Positions 1-10,900 of a DNA stretch of 64,000 nt are shown piece by piece. Every line of letters starts with the position of its first letter. The stretch's first letter is position 1. This DNA comes from Podarcis vaucheri. Its lineage: Eukaryota. The notes under the pieces were generated by a model, which did not search any database, was not told the origin of the DNA, and saw only the letters and a list, made by a program, of their open reading frames with translations. The position numbers and the translations under genes are program-made. The stretch lies in assembly GCA_965113315.1 (NCBI GenBank), contig OZ220369.1. The stretch is one strand, 5' to 3'.

Positions 1-4
1 AGTA

Positions 5-2131
5 TCAGTCTGCAACAGTCTTCCCTGCATTTGGAGAGGGAGATGCATCCGCTATAGTAGCTAAATAAATCAGGTTTCTGTGCAGTGTGTGCTGGTGTCT
101 GTAACAGAGAAACAGAAGAATGAGATTCCTTAGGGCAACTGAAATAACAGAATAGCTCTGGCAGCCAGCATATAAGTGACAGTAGGATTTAGGTCTCTAT
201 TTTGCTCACTTCATACTTGAGAAAGGAGGGGGAAGGCAAGAGTTGTTAATTAATATGAAGCCAATAATATTTTTGAACCCTCTTAGCTTCTTTCCCCTGT
301 TCCTGATAGCATTTTATTTTTAAATTGAAGGAAATGTTGTTGTTTTTTTTAAAAATACTAATTAAGTCAATGTTTTGTTGTTGTTTAGTCGTTTAGTCGT
401 GTCCGACTCTTCGTGACCCCATGGACCAGAGCACGCCAGACACTCCTGTCTTCCACTGCCTCCCACAGTTTGGTCAAACTCATGTTGGTAGCTTCAAGAA
501 CACTGCCCATGTTTAATGATGTTTAATGATCACTTAATTCCTGTAAAGGCATAGATGAGTGGGCAATGATGCACACTGGAGCACATCATTCTAACTTTAC
601 ATTCACACTGATGAAGTCTGAACTAGCAGTGTCTAACCAGGGAAGATCTTGCTGTTGTGGTACACAGCTCTATAAAATCGTCAAGCTTGTGCAGTGGCAG
701 CAAAAGGGGGAAATGTTAGGGATTATTAGAAAAGAAATTAAAAATAAAACAATGGCCTTTCAGAAGTCTAGGGCTGCCAAGAAGAAGGGTCGGTACATCT
801 GTAAGCTATTACCTCCCACATTAAAGTCAGCAAAATAAACAAGATTTTCATTAATGCCCTGCACAGTCTGGTTGTGTTTTACAGACCAATTGCATTTATT
901 TCAGCAACAATGTGCCTGATTTCAATTCTCCTTCACCTCCCCTGTAAATTTGCTCAGGACCAATGAGATTTATTCAAACCCACGTCTCGCAATGAGACAC
1001 GCAAGCTCTCTAAACAATTACTTGATTGTTTGCTTTAATCAAGCAAATACAAAAATGAAGTCCTGAAAAATGCATAATAGGCGACTCTTAGATTGAATTT
1101 ACTTACTGCACACATTCTTCAGCTCTTCCTTTATTCTGATATTCCACAATACATCGAATAAGCTGGTCATTTTCTTCAAGCAGCTGAAAGTCACAACAGC
1201 ACTGGATCAACTGCATATTACAGGAACTTGTTCAAGAACTACTACTAAACAATTACACTGGATAATTGTGAGGATGCTTTATAGACTGTGCACTACCATC
1301 TCACGATCAAGGAGGCAGTGTGTGGGTGGGTGATCAGAGGCTTCAAAGGCACCAGGGAACAATTTTAAGAGCACCATGGTGCCCACAGGTGTCCTACTGA
1401 TGACCCCTGATTTCAGATTATTAAAGTGGTGGGTGAAGAATATCCGGTACTAAAAGAATGTCAACTTCAGTCGTCAACTTACAGACTTAAATATTAAAGG
1501 GTGAGTTTTCTTTTTGGTAGCGTTAAGAGTTTACTATTACTGCAAAAGGTATAGGATATTCTCGCAGACTATGCTATTCATTTGTTTTAGTCATCTTTCT
1601 GGCAGTGTACCGCTTTTTATTGTACTTGGTTATGGCCTCTCGCTAAGCAATCATGACCGAGGAGAGTGAAGGAGCCGAACTGCGCAGCGCCACTGATTTC
1701 GGCCAACCCTGAGAATGTACAGAGTGCACTGCCCTTCCTAATGCGCAGGCGGATCAGAGTGGGCGTTCCTTGACCAGAGTCACTGACGTCACCCTCTCAG
1801 CTTTTAAGCAGCCCGGACCATCTTCACGCAGCCTGCAAGAGGCGGGGAATGAAATGGCAAAGACACTTCCGGTTCTAATCGGCTAACTAACCCAATACAA
1901 AGAACCTGGCCAGAAAACCAGAGAGAGCGGAAAGGTAGAGCGGCGCTCTGACTCCTCCCGATGTTCTTGCCTTTCCTATGGCGGCGTATGGGAGTTAAAA
2001 ACAGGGCTGCGTGAGCGACGCTCCCCTCCGCTCTCTCTATGGCGCCCGTCCCTTTCGCTCACCCGTTGCAACGTCTCTTGGTTCACCTCCGCCTTGCCTC
2101 GGAGTTTCTCCGGCACGAAAACCACCGACAT
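5..2131 (-). CDS. SS18L2: SS18-like protein 2 (SNH/SSXT domain), 3 coding exons: 2131-2063, 1183-1107, 98-5; 79 aa
   Basis: Spliced translation MSVVFVPEKLRGKAEVNQETLQR|LLEENDQLIRCIVEYQNKGRAEECVQ|HQHTLHRNLIYLATIADASPSPNAGKTVAD* closely matches recalled human SS18L2 (MSVAFVPDWLRGKAEVNQETIQRLLEENDQLIRCIVEYQNKGR...). GT-AG sites (cgg|gtgagc, ttcag|ctg, ca|gtaagt, tacag|a) are canonical and phase-consistent (69+77+94=240 nt). Confidence 0.93.
376..508 (-). mobile_element. BovB (RTE LINE) 3'-terminal fragment in SS18L2 intron 2
   Basis: gttgttgtttagtcgtttagtcgtgtccgactcttcgtgaccccatggaccagagcacgcca... is the reverse complement of the squamate BovB 3' end with its short tandem tail (recognised from family knowledge). 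Confidence 0.75.
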
Positions 2132-3460
2132 GCCAGCGGAGGGAGCGGCAGCGGCTTCTAAGCCTCACGCGAAAAGTGGGCCGCGACGCAAAGGTTGATG
2201 GGAGCAAAAGGGCAATACTTTGCACCGATTGGCTGCCCCTGTGCGGCCTCGGAAGCTCCCTTACATGAATGCAGATCATTAAATGTAGAGTAGTCCATAT
2301 CCCGGTGTGACTACGAAGCTTCCGAGTTTTGAAAATTCCGACCAGTTAAACGGGTTAGACTACAGTGAAAGAATTTATGTGTGTATATGAGAGAGAAGAG
2401 TGTGCCAATCAATTTCTAGCGTTACGGAAGAGGGAGAAAAACTTTACTTTCTCTGCGCTATGCATAATTTTGTGGATTTCTATCACGTCAGGCTGCAGCA
2501 AAGACCGTGCTAATTAAGGGGCCTGCTCGCCACTCTCTTCCCAAATCGGCGCTCACTCGCAGCACAGACGCGGCTTCTCCGACTAGCAAAGCCTGCAACG
2601 AAAAATCTCAAGTTAACCCGGGAGCTGCGCAGCGCGTGCGACTCTACATCCTTCCTTCAGTCTATAGTATACGTATCAGAGGAACTCCCTTCCTCTCCCC
2701 CGCCGTTCTTCGAAGCCTTCGTAGCAATTGGCCAGTCGGGCCGGTGGAGGCGGGCTCTGAAAACAAATTACGACGGCGGGGCCTCGGTTGTGTTGGGAAG
2801 GCGGGCTATGGGCTGATTGGCGAGCCTGAAGGCTCGAGGGGCGGACGTGATTGGTCAGAGGCACGAAAGGTGGGCGGGGCCAAGTCGAGGTGAGTTGCCA
2901 GGGCTCCGGTTGTCAAGCGGCAGCCAATCAGGGTGGGGGATGGGAGCGGGTGGTGGAGGCGGAGAGCGCTGAGAGCCGTTCAGACGGAGGAGCGCGCGGG
3001 TAGGAGACAAGCAAGGCCGGCCGAGACGGGCCTCACGTCGGGGTAGGCCGTGGGTAGCCGCAGCAGCCCTCACCCGAAACCTCCCTGGAGGGGCGGCTGG
3101 CCAGGGAAGGCCTCCGAGCAGGTACTCGCCTGTCCGGCGGTGTGTGCTTCGGAGGTCCCGGCCAGGCCTCGCCGGGGGGGAGAGGGCTGCTTCTCCTCCG
3201 GGCAGCGCATGAAGTGGATGGGTGGGATCTTTCTCTCCCCGGGAAGAGTTGGCTGGCCTAAGAGAAGCGTTTTCCTAGGGGCTGAATGGGATCTGCTGCC
3301 CACAGCACTTTGCGCGGTGGGGGTGGGAATGTTCACAAGCTCGGGTGGCTCCCTCGGATGCGAGTCACTTGCTCTAAGCACCGGTGGCTGGGAGGTGCTG
3401 ACTGGGAGAGGGACGCTGCCTTCGTGCCCTGCTTTGTGGGGTTCTTGGTGGGGGACGAGA
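1660..3460. promoter_or_regulatory. CpG-rich bidirectional promoter region shared by SS18L2 (-) and KATNB1 (+)
   Basis: CpG density is high. Motifs: NRF1-like TGCGCAGGCG (1742), CRE TGACGTCA (1784-1791), ETS ACTTCCGG (1865), CCAAT/ATTGG boxes (2727, 2816, 2850, 2924) and GC boxes. Plus-strand donors gag|gtgagt (2889/2890) and cgg|gtagga (2999/3000) mark candidate non-coding first exons of KATNB1. Confidence 0.8.
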
Positions 3461-4420
3461 TCTGGTTTCTGGGTCTTAAATAGGCCTTTAGCCTGATCCA
3501 GTTAACAGGGCTCTTCTGAGAAGCTTCTGAGATCACCTCGCCTATGTCACCCATAAAAACTCCATCCTGCCTAACACCTGTAGGGATGCAGCACACATGT
3601 ATTTATTTGTTTCATAAAATGCTGCTTGATTATAAAAGCAAAAGCTCGAAGTGTTCTACAAAAAAAAAATAAAGCATTGCAGTTATTAGTAAACAGAGGC
3701 AATATTTTAAAACATTGAAAAGTAATTAAGGTTGACAATAAGCAAAAACAAAAAAATGATTAAAATATGTGTCAGCATCTTGCATACATGGGTAGGCTTG
3801 CTATTAGCAGGCGCCAAAAACAGTACCACACTAAAATATTGATTTCTTACCAATGTGGAATAAGTATTATATGCCACCTGTAACAGAGGCAGTTCATCAG
3901 TTCTGTACAATGGGGTAGTAATCCTCAATCTAGAAATTACATGTGTGGGTGGAAATTTGACAGTAAATTGAGGAGTGCAGCATGCAGACAAGATTTAACT
4001 CCCTCCTAGAGGCAGGCTGTGAACAAAGTGTATTTTTGAAGGCCACCTGTCAGTTTTAGGGATCCTACTTTCAGGATCAATTCTGTGCCCCACTGTCTGT
4101 CTCTACACTACTCCCAATAGTTGTGCTAGTTGTATCCCAAAGCATCTGAATAACACCAAGTTGTCAAAGTCTGCTCTAATTTGTTGCTCATTGGTGTAAT
4201 GACAAAAGTACATTTTATTGTTATTGGAAGATACACAGAAAAGTAGGAGTTCCTGATCACTTACATTCCATGTTTAAAAACAGAATTGGGTTGTATCCAG
4301 CCAAGTACTACTTGGAATATATCCAGTACAATTAATGTACCTAACTTAGTCATGTTCATCAATTTCAGTGGGTATACTCTGAGGAGGACTAATACTGTAT
4401 GCAGCCCAATTCTGGAAATA

Positions 4421-4611
4421 CAGTCATACCTTGGAAGTCAAACTTCTTGCCAGTCGAACGTTTTGGCTCCCAAACGCCGCAAACCCGGACGTGAGTATTT
4501 CGGTTTGCATCCAACGTGGGTTCCGTGGGTTCTGATTGGCTGCAGGAGCTTCTTGGTTTCCAAACGTTTTGGAAGTCAAACGGATTCCGTTCAACTTCCG
4601 AGGTACAACTG
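4421..4611. mobile_element. Tc1/mariner-type (Tigger-like) MITE, family CAGTCGTACC
   Basis: TA|CAGTCATACCTTGGAAG...CTTCCGAGGTACAACTG|TA shows terminal inverted repeats with a TA duplication. Confidence 0.75.
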
Positions 4612-4971
4612 TACTTGTTCTAAGTTATTGTTATAAAAAAAAGATAAATGAAGAAACCTGCTAAGCTCTATTTTAATGTAGTTTGTTTTTCTGCTATGTT
4701 AGCTGAACTGGTTAAAACGAACACTTTCCTCCTAGGTAACTTTAATGACTGCTTCCTGGGATTTTGCTTGCATTCTGGAAGAAATAGGCCACTAAGCCTA
4801 GGAGACACATTTATATTTTAAAAATAAAAGTGCCATCACCTTGACTGCTGCAGGACAGTTCAGAAACTTGAACCTTGTATCTGGGGGGTTGAGCCCCACA
4901 CATGCTGATGAAAACAGAGCTTTGGGAGAAAAAAGAAGACTGCTTTCTGTAGCTGTGTGAGAATCACTGCA

Positions 4972-7900
4972 ATGGCAGCTGCAGTTGCCACCAAGACAGC
5001 TTGGAAGCTGCGTAAGTGAAGTCCACTCTTCTGCATTTATAAATGGGATGTGTTCAGTGCCTGCAATTTTGTCTTCCACTCCTGCTTGACAGCTTGGGTT
5101 TCAGTGTTCCCCTGATCACTAGCATCAGACTTGGAGTCAGGTACCTGGTCTAGCTGCTTAGCTGATGACTTAGTGTCTTGTGGAATTATATTTAAAAAAT
5201 CTTACTATGGCCAGAAGGGCTTACATTCAGGCAAGTGGAAATAGAATAATTAGCTTAAAAAGCTACAATACATACCAGATATGTGTACCTGTTCGCGTAT
5301 GCCTCATCAGTAAATGCCAGCTTAAATGTATTGATTTTTGTGTGGGGCTGTAATGGGAGAGAGATGTGATAAAATGTGCTCATGTCTGCGTTTGCTTTTT
5401 TTGTATAGAGGAAATCACTGCTCACAGCAGCAATGTTTCTTCACTTGTGTTGGGCAAAAGCTCAGGTCGGCTCCTTGCAACTGGTGGAGATGATTGTCGA
5501 GTTAATATCTGGTCAATTAACAAGCCGAACTGCATTATGGTAAGGATTGGCTAATTTCTCTTTGCTTGTGGGCAGTGTGAGTCAGGGAGCAACCTCTGGC
5601 ATTAGCTTTAGCCACCCTCCTTTCTATACAGGATCAAACATGAGAAGGGAGGTTTATTTTAATCTGTGCTTTTGGTAATTTGGCTAAATACACCTAAATG
5701 AGCCAAAGTATAGTGCAGTTAAGGCCAAAGTGCTGAGGGAAGAACAAGTTGCATTGACTGGCACCTCGTGCATTGTTCCTCCCTCAGTTTGAGGGACAGA
5801 GCATGATGGCACCTTCACCCAGCAGTATATTGCAGGCACTGCTGCTCAGGATATACAGTGGTACCTTGAGTTACAAACGCCTCAGTTTACAAATGCTTCA
5901 CGTTACAAACTCCGCTAACCTGAAAGAATTACCTCGAGTTGAGAACTTTGCCCCAGGATGAGAATGGAAATTGTGTGCCGGCGGTGCAGCAGCAGCAGCG
6001 AGAGGCCCCATTAGCGAAAGCACACCTCTAGTTAAGAACAGTTTCAGGTTAAGAATGGACTTCCGGAACGAATTAAGTTCGTAACTAGAGGTACCACTGT
6101 ACCACCAGGTAAAGGCACCATTGCACTCTGGCCCTCGAAATGGTCCTGGGCGATGTATCAATACATCGCCCAGGCCTAAAGATGACATTCTGGTCTCTTC
6201 AAAAACCAGGAAGTAGTTGGATCTGACATTAGCAGGGTTTCAGTCAAGTGTCCTTCCTTTGTTTTTCATGCAGATCTGGAGATATTTTCTCCACCACCAC
6301 CTTGCCCGCTGTATTTTGCCCTATGAGGAGCTAAGTTGAGCTATTGAGACTTGTATGAGTGGCTGCCTTGGGAGCTGCGGCTGTAGATCCCACTATGTGT
6401 GTAATCCTTTGACTTGGAAGGGCCAAAAAGCTGCAATGGTATCCCTTTCCCCAGCAATGGCCAGTTTGAAATAGTTTTTCTTTTCAATGATTTTTCTTCC
6501 GATCCAACCCCTGCACTTTTTCAAAAGGGCATTTCTCTCCTCTTCCACCCCTGCCCTTCTTTTTTCGTACGGTAACTTACTAGTGCTGCAGAATTGAATC
6601 TAGAGTGGGCATTTCAACTGTTGCAGTACAGAGCATGATGTTCTTTGTACTACTGCATAGTTTGTGATGCAGCTTCATTTCATGCTAGCTGATGGAGCTG
6701 CAATTCATTATACACATATCTAGGAGTAAGTTGCTGAACTCAGTGGAATTTACTTTTGTGCAGGTAGACGTCTAGCCATAAACCTGCATTTCTGGATGAT
6801 GTGCTTAGTGCACCATTAAGAAGCACTTAATGTGGTGGCCAAGCTCTGTATGGCTCTTGGCCTTTGCTTCAACCCTCCTGCAATGGGGCATGGGATTTCC
6901 CACTATTGCAGCAAAGCTCTGTGGGGGAAGTGCTTCTGAGTGTATATTCTGCTGGATTTTATTAGTCAATTAATGACCAGTTGTTGTAACATGAAGAAGT
7001 CTTCACTGGGTGTATAAAGGAGGTCCAGTTTGGCACCAGGTGATATGTGTGTGAGAAAAAGACACTTGAAGGAGGGCCTCTGGTGAACATAGGAAGGAAT
7101 CAAATTTCTGCTCTTGCTGGAGTACTGAAACTTCAGTGCCTGTCCGCGGCTTTGAACGTGGCTTTCACCTAATCATTTCACTACTTGTGGTGTGATGAGT
7201 GTAAACATCCTAGCTGTCCTTGTTGTTGCATGCCTTCCTGTGGAGTGGGCCACCTTCAAATGATTCACTGCTGCTTTTTTATTTTGCCCAGAGTCTAACA
7301 GGTCACACCACACCCGTGGAGAGTGTGAAGATTAATACGAATGAAGAGCTGATTGTAGCGGGGTCCCAGTCAGGCTCCATTCGGATCTGGGATCTGGAAG
7401 CTGCCAAAAGTAGGTTCAGAGCCAATTCTTCTACCACTTTTCAGGTTGCCCAGCAGCCCCTTACTTTGCAAAGAGCAGAGCAAGAGAGAGAGAGTGCAAG
7501 CACACAAGAAAGGACGATATGCGCAACTTTGAAAACTGCAGGGGCACCTCTTCCTTCACCTAGGTGGGGGAGATGTTGGTACTGTTCAGATGCCAGAATA
7601 AGAAGAGTTGTTTATAATTTCCTCCAATAATATTTATCCATTTGTGTTATGTTTACAGTGCTTAACATCACCAGTCAACAATCTTCATTACTTTCATAGA
7701 AAAGCAGGTTTTAATTTGATGTGTTTGGTAGATGCTTGTGATTTCTATTTTAAGAGACTGTACAGGGAAACGTTAAAACATTTGTATGATTTTCTGATTT
7801 CATTCTAAACCAGATTTATTTTTTTAAAGAATTTTACTGAACCATTGAAATAGCAAATCTGATTTGAACTGAAAAACTGTATCAATCCTGCATCTTCTTA

Positions 7901-10900
7901 GACCATGCTTGCATCTCAATTCCCTGCCCTCCCTTTCCCATCCAGTTCTCCGTACATTAATGGGCCACAAAGCGAATATCTGCAGCCTAGACTTCCATCC
8001 TTTTGGAGGCTTTGTAGCTTCAGGATCCATGGACACCAACATTAAGGTAAGACTTTTGAGTCTCCCTCACTCCCTGCATGTGTATTTCAGAACAGCAGGA
8101 TCCCCAAAGGGCTGCATATCAGTGGATGTAAGGAGCTGTTTTGCATTAAGTCAGAGTAGTTGTTCATGCAGCCCAGCAATATTCTCATGAACCAGAAGCC
8201 GCTTTCCAGTGGTGTGGGCAGAGCTCTTCCCAGCCCTTTAACTATGAACTGATAGTGCACCCAAGACGTCATTTGTGTGTGTTCTGCACTTCAGCTGACA
8301 TCCTGTTTTTGAAATTCAAATAGTTGCATATTCTTAGAAAATGTCCCTCAACCCCAGGACTTTTTTAATTGGAGACCGGTGCTTTGGAAGATCTTCAAGA
8401 CATTTCCAAGTTGCCATTGTAAAACTTTTGTCCATTTCCTTCATGCAGCTTTGGGACGTGAGGAGGAAGGGCTGCGTCTTCAGGTACAAGGTAAGAAGGA
8501 AAGCATATTATTTTGTCTGCAGAGCACCCCTCAAATCTCCTCCTCCTCTGGGAGTTCTTCCATGTCCAGTTGCTACAGTGTTTCAGTTTGGAGAGCTCAT
8601 TGAGGCAATCCCACCCACAGGTTCTGGGCAGTTTACAAAATTCCCAGCATCTATTACATAAACAGGGTCTACATTTTTTGGCTGGATTGTTACTGTGGCT
8701 GTCAGCCCTCAGGCCCCACCCAACCAAAGGAAGGGCCAGTGGGGAGAGGGGTCCATTGGGTACTGCTTCTTGAAGGTGCCCAGAGAGGCTTGATGCCATT
8801 AATCTTGCAAGTTAATGTCTTCTCATCCCTTTTGTACTTTGGTACTGACCTTCACATCCACCTTGCATTATTTTTTAAAATAGGGTGCTCCAATTAAAAA
8901 GCATGCACTTGACTGAACTATAGCACCCCCTGCACCTCTTCCCAAAGTACAACCTCTCCTCCTCCTGTCTTTCTAGCCCCCTCTGACTCGTTTCCAGGCA
9001 AACCCTTTTTCTGTGCTCAACTCTTATCCTCCAAAGTTCATGATTTCTTTCCACTGTTGATGGAGCCCTCAGCTGGTCTCTAACATGCCAGCTGCCCCTC
9101 ACAGCAATTGAGAAAGGCTCCCCTCCCTCCAAAAGGAGCCCAAGTACTTGGCAAATCATTAAGCTCTTCCCTATCCAATCTCATTTTCCTTCCTTACTAG
9201 AAAGTGATATTTACAGTGTTTGAAGCTGTATCTTGGCTATGTCTAAATGTAGCTTTCACCAACCTGGTGCCCTCCAGATGTTTTGCATGCTGGCTGGGGC
9301 TGGTGGGAGTTGCAGTCCAACAGATCTGGAGGGCGCCAGGTTGGCAAAGGCAGTCTAAGGGTTGTATTTTCTCTCTGTATAGTAATTTCACAACATGACA
9401 GCTGTTGTGAGACATGCTCAGCCTTCATGTTTCCCGTGTGTGACCCATTATTTCATCCTGGGAGTGCCAAGCTCTGCTAGGAATGAACTGGGACTGTTTT
9501 GTCTTTACAGGGCCATACTCAAGCTGTCCGCTGTCTCCGATTCAGCCCTGATGGCAAATGGCTGGCGTCGTCTGCAGACGATCACACAGTGAAGGTACTG
9601 GTCTGATTTTGCCAGACCCCTTTGGCATTCACCTTCCTTCTTGTGGCAGTTTTGACTGCTTGCCACACCAAGAGGTGCTCTTTTGTGCCAAACAATCAGG
9701 AATGGTGTTGGGCAACCTCAAGGCTTTAAAGTTCTTTCTCTATCTAGTTGTGGGACCTGGCTGCTGGGAAGATCATGTTCGAGTTCACAGGACACACGGG
9801 GCCAGTCAACGTTGTAGAATTCCATCCCAATGAATACCTGTTGGCCTCTGGTAGCTCTGACAGGTAAAATCTTGTTGGGAAATAAGTGGGGGACAACAGC
9901 ATGTGATGTGACTCATCTGCAACTTGCAATTATTTCCTGCAGATACTTATATTTTCATTTGTGGAATTGGAATAATTGTTGGTGATGATTGGAACAGCTT
10001 ACCTTTGGAATTTCCTGTCTAGGGAGGCCCTTCTGGTCTCTTCATTATCCTCTTCTGGAACCTAGAACAAGGTCATAAGATTGCCCATGCTTTGCCCAAA
10101 ATTCAGTCTTTCGTGTTGTTTGAATTATGACAAAGCTTTTGGTAGATGTCAGCATGCTAGATTTTGGAGTTTGGTATATGCTGATGGCTCTCTATCTTCT
10201 TTCTCTTCTACCTTGAACCTTGATGAGACTATAGAGTCTCTGAAATGATGCTGGATAAATGGGCTGGATGAACTGAAGCAGGTTCAAATGGGGGTGTAGA
10301 CGAACAGTGGGCCTGTTGAGTTGAGAGTAGGTGTAAAATCTGTCTGAATGGTCTTGCTGCCCCTTCTGAAGGAACGGGTTTGCTGCTCAAGGGTGATAGT
10401 TGACCCAGTACTACTGCTGCAGCTGTGCCTTTTCCCAACTGCACCAGATATATTTGCTGCACCATCTTGTGTAAGATAAAATATTTGGTCTCGGTCATTA
10501 CAGGAAAGTGTTTTATATAGCTCACAAACTATTTGGTTTATAACACAGCAGCTGGGACTGACCTTAGAGAGTGGTTGTTACAGAGCTGCCCTGGTTACCA
10601 ATTGGTTTCTGGGCACTTCAGAGTGCTATGTTTTCCTTTTAAATCCCAAAGTGCCCTAGCCTCTGGACACCTTTGCTCTTAGGTCCTGCCATGTGATTTT
10701 AAGAACGTCTGAGGAGTTTCTGATGAGGTTGCCATCATCACAGATCTACATGGCTAGAGAAACCTTGTGTGTTAGCCCAGTTAAAGGTACTAGCCTGCTA
10801 ATTTTTCCTAGCATGCTAAGGGCTGTCAAAAGAGGAACAAAGAGCTCTTTTCCTCTTCCCCCAACCTACAGACATGGGGGCTTCCCTCCTCTGGCAGCCC

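Noticed and set aside
813-851. Minus-strand signal-peptide-like mini-ORF MKILFILLTLMWE followed by a GT donor
   Set aside because: It lies inside SS18L2 intron 2. The nearest acceptor (1062) would leave only a 44-nt intron and there are no downstream exons, so it is most likely chance.
2011-3496. Several 60-148 aa ORFs over the CpG island
   Set aside because: GC-rich, stop-poor sequence with no recognisable protein. The true coding signal is the SS18L2 exon in a frame not listed.
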